A stretch of DNA of 64,000 nucleotides from the NCBI GenBank assembly GCA_965219955.1, contig OZ244799.1, forward strand, positions 4,000,001-4,064,000, read 5' to 3'. Every line of letters begins with the position of its first letter. The first letter of the stretch is position 1. The notes beneath the pieces were generated by a model that worked only from the letters and a program-made list of their open reading frames with translations, was not told where the DNA came from and searched no databases. Both the position numbers and the translations under genes were made by a program. Origin of the DNA: a bacterium (GTDB taxonomy: Bacteria > UBA8248). This document shows positions 46,928 to 56,435 of the stretch, piece after piece.

Positions 46928-47788
46928 TTATTCGCGCAGTGTTCCCCAGCGCTGGACCGTGGCCAACTCGATGCTGCGCAGGCAGACACGCTCCACGATC
47001 ACGCCCAGAATACCAACGACCACCACCCCGCCGTACATCATGTCCGCCGCGAGGAAATCGCGGGCCGCGAAAATCCGGAAGCCCAGGCCGGCCTCGAGCG
47101 CGACTATCATCTCCCCGGTCACGACGATGCGCCATGCGCGGCTGAACGCGATGCGGTAGCCGGCGATGAGATTCGGCAGCGCGCCCGGCACCATCACCTG
47201 GAAGAAAAGCGTCATGCCCTTGGCGCCCATGGCGCGGCCTGCGCGAATGAGAGAGGCGTCCACGGTCTTCACGCCCGTCCATGCGTTCACCATGACGGTG
47301 ATCATGCCCTCGAACCAGAGCACGGAGATCAGGGTGAAGTCACTCAGCCCGAACCAGAGAATGACGATGGGAAAGAGCGCGAGGCCCGGCACGGCCAGGA
47401 AAAAATACATCGGCGGGGCCAGAATGCGCTCCACCGTCTGGTTCATACCCATCACCAGGCCGACCACGGTTCCCGAAACGAGGGCGAGAGCCGCCCCGAT
47501 CAGGAGCCGGTAAAGCGAAACATAGATGTCCAGCCAGAGGATGCCGGACTTCGCCTGGTCGACCATCGTCACCCATATCTTTTCCAGGGGAGGGAAAAGG
47601 ACAGGATGGAGCGTGCCTGAGTGCGCGAGCAACTCCCAGAAGATGAGCAACCCGATGAGAGGCGCCGCCATGAGGAAAAAGGCCTTGCCGGAGTTTCGAA
47701 AAACCACGCCCCAGTTGGGAGGCCCGAGTTCTCTCTCGGTTCCCGGCGTTTGTCCGGCTTGAGTTTGCGCTTTATCGGCCGACGCCAC
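46928..47788 (-). CDS. ABC transporter permease (SsuC/TauC-like)
   Basis: SLYRL, ILWFG, RAGRAMGA, EM...GLG. Start placed at GTG 47788. Confidence 0.9.
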   Translation of the reverse strand: MASADKAQTQAGQTPGTERELGPPNWGVVFRNSGKAFFLMAAPLIGLLIFWELLAHSGTLHPVLFPPLEKIWVTMVDQAKSGILWLDIYVSLYRLLIGAALALVSGTVVGLVMGMNQTVERILAPPMYFFLAVPGLALFPIVILWFGLSDFTLISVLWFEGMITVMVNAWTGVKTVDASLIRAGRAMGAKGMTLFFQVMVPGALPNLIAGYRIAFSRAWRIVVTGEMIVALEAGLGFRIFAARDFLAADMMYGGVVVVGILGVIVERVCLRSIELATVQRWGTLRE

Positions 47789-47802
47789 GAAAATTTCCTT
47801 TC

Positions 47803-49152
47803 TCAGCTTCCGAGAGCCGTTATTCGTCCGCTTCCGAGAGCTTCTATTTGTCCGGGTTCGGGCAGGTTCGCGTAGGGGTCCGGCGCGATGGCGGAGGCGT
47901 CGCGCTCCCGTGAGCAAAGATCCAGCGCTGCGAGGGCGAACATCTTTGTCGTGTCCACCAGCGCGTCGACGTGGATGTGTTCGCCGATATCGGCGTTCCA
48001 GCCGTAATCGGCATCAAACGTCCGGCCCGCCAACCCGTACGTGATTGTCTGGACCCCGTATCGGTTCATGTGGGCGGCGTCGAGATAGGAAGTCTTTACG
48101 ATGATGTTGGGCTTTTCGCCGGTGATTTGCTCGTGCGCGCGAATCATCGCTTTGGAAGGCAGTGAATCGACGGGGATGCCCGAGGGCGGGTGCGAGGAGA
48201 ACACCTCGACTTTAGCCCCGATGTCAGGGTGTTCTTCGTTCACCTGCTCGATGACGCCCTTGAACTCCGCCTGTACGTCCTGAATCGTCTGTCCAGGCAC
48301 CAGGCGGACGTCCACGTACAGACGGCACTCGATGGGCGAGCGCGCGCAACGGTAGGGCCATCCGCCCTCGATGGCGGCCATATTCACGTGGGGGCGCTCG
48401 CCCAGGAATTCATTGCGCCCCCGGTACTCGGGAATCCACTTCCGGATGGCCGCCTGCACCCTTTCCATGCGTTCGATGGCGCTGGCCGTGTAATCGCCGT
48501 AACAGGTATGGCCCATCGACCCTCGCGTGATGATCTTGAACCACACCGTGCCCCCGTGCCAGGGCGCAACCTGCATGCCGGTCGGCTCCCCGAGAATGCA
48601 AAAATCCGTCAGATAACCGTGCGAAATAAGATGCCGGGTGCCGACGCCGTAGCCGTCGTAGAGCACGTCCTGGTACTGGTCGATACGGTTTTTCTCGATC
48701 TCTCCCGCGACGGAGGCGAGGACGATGTCGCCCCTGAGCTTCACGCCCGCGTCCTGGAGGGCCTTCGCCGCGCCGAGGTAGGAGACGTCGGCGCTCTTCA
48801 TGTTGGCGGCGCCGTTCCCGATGATCCAGTCGCCCTCGCGAATCGCCTTGTTCTTGTAGCCCGGCTGGGTGAGTTCGGGCTCCTCGCCGGAATAGGAGGT
48901 GTCCAGGTGGCCGTTGAACATCACGGAATAGCCGCCGCCCGTGCCCGGTGAGATGCCGACCGCGTTGTAGCGGCCCTCTGCCACTTTTTGCAGATGCGCC
49001 TCGAAGCCGGCCTCCTCATACTTCGCGTGCATGTAGCGGGCCGCTTCCTCTTCGTACCCGGTGGGGCTCGGTATGTCCACGAGTTCCATCGTCGTCTTGA
49101 TGAGGAATTCCTCATCAACCGCGTCGACGACTTTCTTTTGAAGTTCATCCAT
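47803..49152 (-). CDS. M20 family (ArgE/DapE-like) amidohydrolase with atypical metal-site motifs
   Basis: IPSPTG.E, FNGHLDT, GNGAANMK, GEPT. Confidence 0.88.
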   Translation of the reverse strand: MDELQKKVVDAVDEEFLIKTTMELVDIPSPTGYEEEAARYMHAKYEEAGFEAHLQKVAEGRYNAVGISPGTGGGYSVMFNGHLDTSYSGEEPELTQPGYKNKAIREGDWIIGNGAANMKSADVSYLGAAKALQDAGVKLRGDIVLASVAGEIEKNRIDQYQDVLYDGYGVGTRHLISHGYLTDFCILGEPTGMQVAPWHGGTVWFKIITRGSMGHTCYGDYTASAIERMERVQAAIRKWIPEYRGRNEFLGERPHVNMAAIEGGWPYRCARSPIECRLYVDVRLVPGQTIQDVQAEFKGVIEQVNEEHPDIGAKVEVFSSHPPSGIPVDSLPSKAMIRAHEQITGEKPNIIVKTSYLDAAHMNRYGVQTITYGLAGRTFDADYGWNADIGEHIHVDALVDTTKMFALAALDLCSRERDASAIAPDPYANLPEPGQIEALGSGRITALGS

Positions 49153-49272
49153 GATTCCCGATTCTCCTCGACTCACTCGCCTATGCGCGCGCAAAATCCC
49201 TTTCGCCCCTCCGGAGGGATGATTCGGCCCTCCAGAGGGGCAGCAATAAAGTGTTTCGGGTTATCTCTCGCC

Positions 49273-50268
49273 TTACTTCATCAAATTAAAGTAGGCGTTC
49301 TCAACCAACTGGGTGTCGATATGCTTGGTGACGTCGATGCGCTTGGGCAGCTTGCCCTTCTTGACGCTCACGTCCACGCCGTCCTGCACTTCCTTGATGT
49401 CCCTGTGCGTGATCATCGCGCGGTCCCAGCGCATGAACCTGTAGAGATTGCTCTTCACCTTCTTCAAGTCGAATTTGAAGCCCTGGCTCTTCCAGAATTC
49501 CTGCACAATCTTCGCGGACTCATCGCGATTGCGGTTCAGGAAACGCATTGCGCGAACGTGCGCGTTCATGAAGCGCTGCGCGCCGTCAGGATTCTTTTTC
49601 CTGATGTAGGACCACGAAGACGTCAAAAAGACCGGGGAAGTATAGCCGAGCAGGTCGTCATATTCTTTCGGCCCCATGACCATACGGCCCAGTCCCTTGT
49701 CGACGATGATCGAGCCCCAGGGCTCCCAGGTCAGTCCCGCGTCCAGCGCGCCGCGCTCGAAGGCGGCCGGCAGCGAACCCGTCTTGGTGTTGCGGATTTT
49801 GAAGTCCTTATCCGACATGCCGATGCGCGAGAGGTACGTCATCCAGGTGGCCCAGGTGCCGGTGCCCATCTGCGCGCCCACGGTCTTGCCCTTCAAGTCC
49901 TTGATCGACTTGGTGGTCTTGTCCTTCACGGGCACGAGCACCATGTTCTGGTTCCCGTAGCGGTTGAGCGCGATGCCCACCACGTCCAGGCCGCGCGCCG
50001 CAATCTGGCCCACGCGGGAGCCGCGCGTGCTGATGATGTCGGCGGTGCCGCCGATGAGAGCGTCAATCAGCGCGCGGGGGCTCGTGACCCGGCGCTTCAC
50101 GTTGACCCCCTCGGCTTTGTAATAGCCTTTCTTCTCCGCGATGTAGGGGATGGCGGCGTGCGAAGTGTTGTCGTGAATCAAGTTGATGACGCCTTTCGCG
50201 GCCAGTGCATTCGAGGTCATTCCCAGGACAGCGATTGTTGCGATCAAAGCCAGGCCAAACCTTTTCAT
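49273..50268 (-). CDS. ABC transporter substrate-binding protein (SsuA/NMT1-like)
   Basis: Signal peptide, IAEKKGYY, DLKGKTVG, DA...WEPW. Confidence 0.9.
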   Translation of the reverse strand: MKRFGLALIATIAVLGMTSNALAAKGVINLIHDNTSHAAIPYIAEKKGYYKAEGVNVKRRVTSPRALIDALIGGTADIISTRGSRVGQIAARGLDVVGIALNRYGNQNMVLVPVKDKTTKSIKDLKGKTVGAQMGTGTWATWMTYLSRIGMSDKDFKIRNTKTGSLPAAFERGALDAGLTWEPWGSIIVDKGLGRMVMGPKEYDDLLGYTSPVFLTSSWSYIRKKNPDGAQRFMNAHVRAMRFLNRNRDESAKIVQEFWKSQGFKFDLKKVKSNLYRFMRWDRAMITHRDIKEVQDGVDVSVKKGKLPKRIDVTKHIDTQLVENAYFNLMK

Positions 50269-50362
50269 CTTATTCTCCTCCTAGATTGAGAACCCACTAC
50301 TGCTACGTCAACCAGAGATGGAACCAAAGACAAAACGACCAAAACCGGCGAGAGGAAACTCT

Positions 50363-50710
50363 TTATTCCCTCGCCGGGTGAAATATGGCCAGCAGCTTTA
50401 CGTCCTTATCCCCTCCCGTCATGCTGCGGTGCATCGTCTTTCTGGGAAGGAAAATGCAGTCTCCGCCCCGAAACTCGATGCTCCGATCTTCCAACTCGTA
50501 TCGCCCTTCGCCCTCGATGATGTAGATGAGTTCATCCTCTTCGTGGTCGTGCCACTCGTGCGTCTCGCCGGGGCGGAAAACAGTCAGCCAGGCGTCGACG
50601 TTCCAGCCGTGGTCCTCCTGCGAAGTCATCCGCCAGGCGTGCGCACCACCGTCGAGCACCTTGTGCTTCTGGTTCTCGGGCCTTATCAGGCAGGCTTCGC
50701 GGTCGCTCAA
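50363..50710 (-). CDS. Cupin domain protein
   Basis: HDHEEDELIYIIEGEG...LPRKTMH; start uncertain (TTG 50710). Confidence 0.8.
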   Translation of the reverse strand: MSDREACLIRPENQKHKVLDGGAHAWRMTSQEDHGWNVDAWLTVFRPGETHEWHDHEEDELIYIIEGEGRYELEDRSIEFRGGDCIFLPRKTMHRSMTGGDKDVKLLAIFHPARE

Positions 50711-50784
50711 TCCCCGTCTCTCCAAACACTTACCCTGCGCGCGAGATGAAACCACCATGTATGAAATTTGTATGATATTCGATG

Positions 50785-50813
50785 ATGCTATGCGCTTGTT
50801 CCGCTATTGTCAA
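50785..50813 (-). promoter_or_regulatory. Putative sigma70 promoter of the cupin/ABC operon
   Basis: Minus strand: TTGACA, 17 nt spacer, TAGCAT. Confidence 0.5.
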
Positions 50814-50880
50814 TCGCGCGAGGGGTTGGCCTGGTGAAAAAACCGACTCTGGAAGCGAGCGCTTTTGAAGCGACCACCGC

Positions 50881-51051
50881 CGTCATTCCGGCGTATGCCG
50901 GAATTCAGATTCGAGCAGAATGGCATTGCGCCGGCTTTTCATTTCCCCGTTATCGGCGGGAAGCAATCAGAAAACAAAAGCAAAAAATGGATTCCGGCTT
51001 TCGCCGGAATGACGGTGAAAACTCTCGATCGGGAGACTTTTTCAACATCCC
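50881..51051. repeat. CGTC-type palindrome doublet (50881-50907 and 50988-51014) followed by a TTTTTCAACATCCCC end
   Basis: Same family as 8029-8243. Confidence 0.8.
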
Positions 51052-51082
51052 CGCATACGCAGGTGTATTAAGGATTACCCCG

Positions 51083-52564
51083 TCACGTCTTCTTCGCGCG
51101 TCCCCTGCGGAAGATGCCGTCGTAGAAGGTGAACACCGAGACGATCATCAGGATCGTGCCGACGGGGCTCGTGAGGAAATACCACAGCGGCTTGTTCTCG
51201 AACGTGATGAGCGCGCGGCGCAGGTTCTCATCGGCCAGCGAACCGAGGATGACGGCCAGAACCATTGGCGCGAGCGGCAGGCCGAGGCACCTGAGCGCGT
51301 AGCCGACGAAGCCTGCGGCCAGCATGACGTAGACGTCGAACATGCTCAGGCGCACCGCGTACGCCCCCAGGATGCAGATGGGGATGATGATGGGCATCAG
51401 CAGGGTGCGCGGCAGGCTGTAGAGCTTGACGGCGGGCTTCACCAGCAGGAGGCCGAACACGTACATCAGGAAGTTCGCCACGATGAGCGCACCGTAGATG
51501 AAGTAGACGAGACCCGGGTTTTCCACGTCGATGGTGGGCCCCATCACCACGTGCTTGAGCTCCAGGGCCGCCATGAAGGCGGCGGCGGGCGGGCTGCCCG
51601 GTATCCCGAGCGTGAGCGTGGGAAGAATGGTTCCGCCGATGCACGCGTTGTTCGCCACCTCCCCGCACACGATGCCCTCGTAGCTCCCCTTGCCGAATTT
51701 CTCGCGCTCCTCGGGACTGGCGCGGCGCTTGCCCACGTCGTAGGCCACGAAGGCGGCGATGTTTCCTCCCGCGCCGGGGATGGCGCCTATCACCGTGCCG
51801 ATGATGCCGGAGCGCACCGAGGCGCGCGCGTAGCGCCACAACATACTGAAGGGGGGCACCACCCGTTCCACTTTTTCGGGGATTACCGGCGGCTCCTTCT
51901 GGGGCAGCACCCAGAGCACCTCGGTCAGGCCGAAGAAGCCGATGATCACCGGGATGTAGCTGATGCCGTCTTCCAGGAGCACGTTCCCGAAGGTGAAGCG
52001 CGGAACGCCGTAGATGTTGTCGAGGCCGACGAAAGCGATGAGCAGCCCCAGCCAGCCGGATATCCAGCCCTTGATGGGCGCCTCGCCCGAGGTGAGCGTG
52101 CCACAGATGGCGATCCCCCAAAGGGCCAGCAGGAACATCTCCCAGGAGCGGAACTGCAGGGCGATGAGCAAAATGAGCGGGATGAATGCCACCAGGATCA
52201 GGATGCCCACCCAGTTTCCGAGAAAGGAAGCCACCAGCGCGGTGCCGAGCGCCTGTCCCCCCTCTCCTCTTTGAGCGAGCTGGTAGCCCTCGATCATGGT
52301 GGGAACGGCGGCGGGCGTGCCCGGAATGTTGATGAGCACCGCGGTAATCGAACCGCCGAACACGCTCGCCGTATACACGCCCAGCAGGAACATGATGGCC
52401 ACGTCCTGGCTCATCTGGGTGGAGAGTCCGATGAGTAGCACCATGGACATGGTCGTCGAGATGCCCGGCATCGAGCCCCACAGGAGTCCCAGGATGGTGC
52501 CCAGTATGCAGACGAACACCAGATACGGGTTCATGGCGTGGATGAGTTGTTCCAGGAAAAACAT
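51083..52564 (-). CDS. tctA: Tripartite tricarboxylate transporter large subunit
   Basis: GGSITAVLINIPG, EVANNA, GIPGS. Confidence 0.93.
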   Translation of the reverse strand: MFFLEQLIHAMNPYLVFVCILGTILGLLWGSMPGISTTMSMVLLIGLSTQMSQDVAIMFLLGVYTASVFGGSITAVLINIPGTPAAVPTMIEGYQLAQRGEGGQALGTALVASFLGNWVGILILVAFIPLILLIALQFRSWEMFLLALWGIAICGTLTSGEAPIKGWISGWLGLLIAFVGLDNIYGVPRFTFGNVLLEDGISYIPVIIGFFGLTEVLWVLPQKEPPVIPEKVERVVPPFSMLWRYARASVRSGIIGTVIGAIPGAGGNIAAFVAYDVGKRRASPEEREKFGKGSYEGIVCGEVANNACIGGTILPTLTLGIPGSPPAAAFMAALELKHVVMGPTIDVENPGLVYFIYGALIVANFLMYVFGLLLVKPAVKLYSLPRTLLMPIIIPICILGAYAVRLSMFDVYVMLAAGFVGYALRCLGLPLAPMVLAVILGSLADENLRRALITFENKPLWYFLTSPVGTILMIVSVFTFYDGIFRRGRAKKT

Positions 52565-52567
52565 GGC

Positions 52568-53197
52568 CTACCCCGAACCCGGCAGCGGAATGCGGAAGCC
52601 GTAGCGAAACGCGGCGGCCAGAACGAGCGTCGAAATCGCGGAGACGACGAGGCACTGCAGAAACGACTTCGGCCAGAAGATGCGCAGGGCGATGGCCAGC
52701 ATGGGTATGGTGACGGCTTCGAAGCTGCTGAAGCCGAGCCGGAAGCCTCCTATCACCAGCGGAACCGTGATGATGAAGGTCACCCAGTCGAGGAGCACCA
52801 CGTATACGACCACCAGGCCCATCAGGATGAGCGCCCACTGGTTCTCGTAGTCGGCGAAATACCTGCCCAGCAATTCAGCGGGCGAGAGGTTCAGTTCCGA
52901 ACCGCCGCCTCGTTTGAGCGCGCCCACTCCCAGCCCGATGGCCATGGCGAGCAGGCTCAGGCCCGTGAGAATGGGCATGAAGCCCGGCGCGGTGAAGATG
53001 TTGCTCTCCGGGATGGGCATGAGCAGCCCGAGGATGACGGCGAGGATAGCGACGACGCCCACGACGCTCGCCGCCGCCAGGTCCCTGCCCGGCGTGGCGG
53101 CGTCCCCCCCCTCCTCGGAAAGCAGTTGCGAGGCGGCGTCTTCGGGCTCATCCGCGGGCGGATGCGCCTTGCGGTCATCGTCGTTCGAGGAAACCAT
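52568..53197 (-). CDS. tctB: TctB-like small membrane subunit
   Basis: Hydrophobic, APG.MP motif, C-terminal IPLP; lies between tctC and tctA. Confidence 0.75.
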   Translation of the reverse strand: MVSSNDDDRKAHPPADEPEDAASQLLSEEGGDAATPGRDLAAASVVGVVAILAVILGLLMPIPESNIFTAPGFMPILTGLSLLAMAIGLGVGALKRGGGSELNLSPAELLGRYFADYENQWALILMGLVVVYVVLLDWVTFIITVPLVIGGFRLGFSSFEAVTIPMLAIALRIFWPKSFLQCLVVSAISTLVLAAAFRYGFRIPLPGSG

Positions 53198-53240
53198 GCA
53201 ACTCTCTCGGCGTAGAACAAAATCAATGAATACGGCCTAC

Positions 53241-53278
53241 CCGAGCGGGCCGCCTCGTCTCCAGGGCGGCCCGCTCGG
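53241..53278 (-). terminator. Hairpin downstream of tctC
   Basis: CCGAGCGGGCCGCC-n10-GGCGGCCCGCTCGG, a perfect 14-bp stem. Confidence 0.5.
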
Positions 53279-53307
53279 GGCAGGCATTGCGCGATGAGCC
53301 GTCCGGC

Positions 53308-54453
53308 TCAGATGCGAGGCTTGTAGCCCTTCGGCGGCCACCAGGCGTCGAAATCCTTCGGTTCGGGAAGCCCGAGTTCCTTGGGTCCGCGCACCTTTTT
53401 GCCGATGTGCTTCTGCAGCTTGAGCAGCGTCGCAGCGCTCAGGCACTCGAGCTGCGCGGCCCGGCGATCGGCCGCTTCTCCCACGCGGACGTCGATCTGG
53501 AAGTACTTGCGCGTCGCGATCTTCCCGAAGGCATCGGACTTCGCGGCCGCGACCCAGACCGGCTTGATCTTGTTGAGCACGTCGACGGGCGTCCCCCGCC
53601 TCAGGGCGATGCTGTACATCCCGCCCATCGGCAACAGGGCCTTGAGCGCGGGTATGAAGTTGGCGATGGTGTAAGCCTTGCCGTAGTTGGCAATGTCCAG
53701 ATCCTTCGGCCCCGTGTGCATGAGGTTTCTCAGCTTGCCGGCGCGCAGGAACTCGACGTGCTCGTGCACGCCGCCGCCTGCGATGTCCACCTCGCCCTGC
53801 AGGCCCGCGACGGTGGCGGGTTTTCCGCCCTTGTAGGGCACGAAGCGCAATTCGATGCCCGCTGCGTCCGCGACGGTGGCGCCCACCTCGTGCCAGATGC
53901 TGCCCACGCCCGAAGTCGAGATGGTGAGCTTGCCGGATTTCTTCTTGGCCGCGGCGACCACGTCGTTGAAGGTCTTGAAGGGCGAGTCGGGCCGCACCGA
54001 CCAGCTCGCGAGCGAAGCCGCCGCCGCGAAGTGCTGCCAGTCCACCCACGCCGCCGAATCCGTGTATCCCATCGGCCGGACGAACTTGTTGTAGTTCCCG
54101 GCGCCCAGCCAGGTGTAGCCGTCGGCCGCCTTGTTGAGCACGTAGCGGGTGGCCACGCCTCCCACCGACCCCGGACGGTTGATGACGTTGACGGGCCAGC
54201 CGGTTGTGCGGGCCATCTCGCCGCACAGGGTGCGGATGACGGTGTCCGTGCCGCCGCCCGCGGCGTACATCACCACCCCGGTGATGGGGCGGGCGGGCCA
54301 TTTCGCGGCGTCCGCCTTTCTGGTCGTGAGCACCATCGGCGCCGCGGCCGCGACGCCGGCGACCCCGAGGGTCTGGATGAAGCTCCTGCGCGTGAGTTCG
54401 GATGATTCGGGAATGATGATTTCGGGATGCTCATGAGACTCTTTGTTCGACAT
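53308..54453 (-). CDS. tctC: TctC/Bug substrate-binding protein with Tat signal
   Basis: TRRSFIQ twin-arginine motif; WPARPI...AGGGTD; ADGYT; VPYKGG. Confidence 0.9.
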   Translation of the reverse strand: MSNKESHEHPEIIIPESSELTRRSFIQTLGVAGVAAAAPMVLTTRKADAAKWPARPITGVVMYAAGGGTDTVIRTLCGEMARTTGWPVNVINRPGSVGGVATRYVLNKAADGYTWLGAGNYNKFVRPMGYTDSAAWVDWQHFAAAASLASWSVRPDSPFKTFNDVVAAAKKKSGKLTISTSGVGSIWHEVGATVADAAGIELRFVPYKGGKPATVAGLQGEVDIAGGGVHEHVEFLRAGKLRNLMHTGPKDLDIANYGKAYTIANFIPALKALLPMGGMYSIALRRGTPVDVLNKIKPVWVAAAKSDAFGKIATRKYFQIDVRVGEAADRRAAQLECLSAATLLKLQKHIGKKVRGPKELGLPEPKDFDAWWPPKGYKPRI

Positions 54454-54802
54454 GATGCTCTCCTCCGGTTGAAATGAAACGACCACTCGGTGTGAACCGG
54501 CGGCCGACTACGGCCCTTCCGGCGCAGAATCCACCCAGAATCTTCCAGCACATATTCATTTTTCGACTGACGGCAATCCTAGCACGAAAGACGCAAGCCG
54601 CCAAATTTTGTTTCGCGAGCCCCGCCCGGAGAGCCACCTTTCGCGAGCGGCGAATCCGTGCAGGATCGCGTTATCAGGGGAACCGGACGGGTTGTTCATC
54701 CAATCGTAACGCGCGCAACACATAATTATAATCAGGCTGTGATAATATGGTTTCAGTGCGAAAAACAGTTGAATCCCACTTCAGCAGAAGGAAACGCGAG
54801 TC

Positions 54803-55831
54803 ATGAAGCTAGGCGTATTGACGGGGGGCGGAGACTGCCCCGGCCTGAACGCGGTCATCCGCGCGGTGACGGCATCGAATTTCCATCGCGGCAGCCATAC
54901 GCTGGGAATCCGCCGGGGCTGGCGCGGCCTGGTGGACGCCGATTTCGTCGAAATTACGGGCCCGATGATCTCCGGCATCCTCGACAAGGGCGGCACCATT
55001 CTGGGGTCATCGAGGACGAACCCCACGAAGGACCCGGCCGTGCTCGAGCAACTCAAGGAAAACTGGCGCGCCTCGCGCATCGACGGCCTCATCGCCATCG
55101 GGGGGGACGATACGCTGAGCGTCGCCGCCTACCTGAGCAAGGAAGGCTACAACGTCATCAGCGTGCCCAAGACCATCGACAACGACATCGGCCTCACGGA
55201 CTACTCCTTCGGCTTCCACACCGCCGTCGGCGTCATCACCGACGCCATCGACCGCCTGCGCACCACGGCGGAGGCGCACGACCGCGTCATCATCCTCGAA
55301 GTCATGGGACGCCACTCGGGCTGGCTCGCCACCTACGCGGGCATCGCGGGCGGGGCCGACCTCATCCTCGTGCCCGAGCGGCCCTTCGACATCGAGGAGG
55401 TCGTCGGGGTGCTCAAGGCGCGTTTCGCGCGCGGGCGCAACTTCGCCAACGTGGTCGTGGCCGAGGGCGCTAAGCCCGAGGGCATCGAGGACTACATCAC
55501 GCGCAGCCAGGCGGTGGACGAGTTCGGGCACGTGCAGCTCGGCGGCGTCGGCGAATACCTCGCCAAGGAGATCGGCGACCGGATGAACGTGGACACGCGC
55601 GCCGTCATCCTGGGGCACATCCAGCGCGGCGGCTCCCCCGTGCCCTACGACCGCGTGCTGGCGACGCGCCTGGGCGTGCGGGCGAGCGAACTCGCCCACG
55701 AGGGAACCTGGGGCGTGATGGCCGCGCTGCAGGGGCGCGACATCAACCCGGTGCCGCTCGAGGACGTGCTCGGCAGGGTGAACACCCTGCGGGAGGACTT
55801 CTTCGATGCGGCGGAGCTGTTCTTCGGCTAG
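54803..55831 (+). CDS. pfkA: 6-phosphofructokinase (PfkA family), probably PPi-dependent
   Basis: LTGGGDCPGLN, GGTILGSSR, GGDDT, PKTIDND, EVMGR, LGHIQRGG. Confidence 0.93.
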   Translation: MKLGVLTGGGDCPGLNAVIRAVTASNFHRGSHTLGIRRGWRGLVDADFVEITGPMISGILDKGGTILGSSRTNPTKDPAVLEQLKENWRASRIDGLIAIGGDDTLSVAAYLSKEGYNVISVPKTIDNDIGLTDYSFGFHTAVGVITDAIDRLRTTAEAHDRVIILEVMGRHSGWLATYAGIAGGADLILVPERPFDIEEVVGVLKARFARGRNFANVVVAEGAKPEGIEDYITRSQAVDEFGHVQLGGVGEYLAKEIGDRMNVDTRAVILGHIQRGGSPVPYDRVLATRLGVRASELAHEGTWGVMAALQGRDINPVPLEDVLGRVNTLREDFFDAAELFFG

Positions 55832-55870
55832 CCTCCCCGGGCGTTCCCCGTGGAACAACTCGCGCATCTG

Positions 55871-56031
55871 CCCGCAACTCCCCGCATTTGCCGCCGCGGC
55901 TTTCGCTCCTGACCCCGTATACTCGGCAAAGTACCGAACGCGGGAGCAAGTGCGCCCGCGCGGGGGGCGTTTTCGGGAAAACAATTTATCGAAAAACCCC
56001 GTTAATTTATCGGTATTTATCCAATTTTATC
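55871..56031 (+). repeat. Copy 2 of the dispersed bipartite AT-rich motif
   Basis: Matches 17352-17495 in reverse complement; four TTTATC units. Confidence 0.6.
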
Positions 56032-56085
56032 GAATTTTTCGGAAATGCGGCGGCGAGGGTGCGTCCTTGCGCGCGGCAATCCCCT

Positions 56086-56184
56086 CTCATCCCGAGCAGG
56101 CGCGCTTGCGCGCCGTATCGAGGGAGTCGCATCAAAACCCGAGAAGCGCCCTTCGATACGCCGCTTCGCGGCTACTCAGGGTGA
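56086..56184. repeat. Gene-less inverted doublet of the GIY-YIG-flanking repeat
   Basis: 56086-56125 matches the reverse complement of 63961-64000 at 37/40; 56149-56184 is the inverted partner. Confidence 0.85.
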
Positions 56185-56216
56185 AGAGGGACTGTTCCGA
56201 GGGATGCCGCGCCGTA

Positions 56217-56409
56217 GGGGGCTGTTGAAAAAGTCCTGTCCGACCCTCGAGATTGTTCGCCGTAGGGACAGGCCTCCGTGCCTGTCCTGACGAAGGACAA
56301 CCACGAAGAGCAGGACAGGCACGGAGGCCTGTCCCTACAAAACCATCACGTCTGCGCCGCATGAACCTCCTTGCCGCCGATCCCGCATCAGACTTTTTCA
56401 ACAACCCCC
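56217..56409. mobile_element. MITE-like element with TIRs carrying a GTAG REP doublet (56262-56338)
   Basis: GGGGGCTGTTGAAAAAG ... CTTTTTCAACAACCCCC; the last ~148 bp are nearly identical to 60263-60410. Confidence 0.75.
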
Positions 56410-56435
56410 GGAGGAACGGGTTTCTTCTGTCCCCC

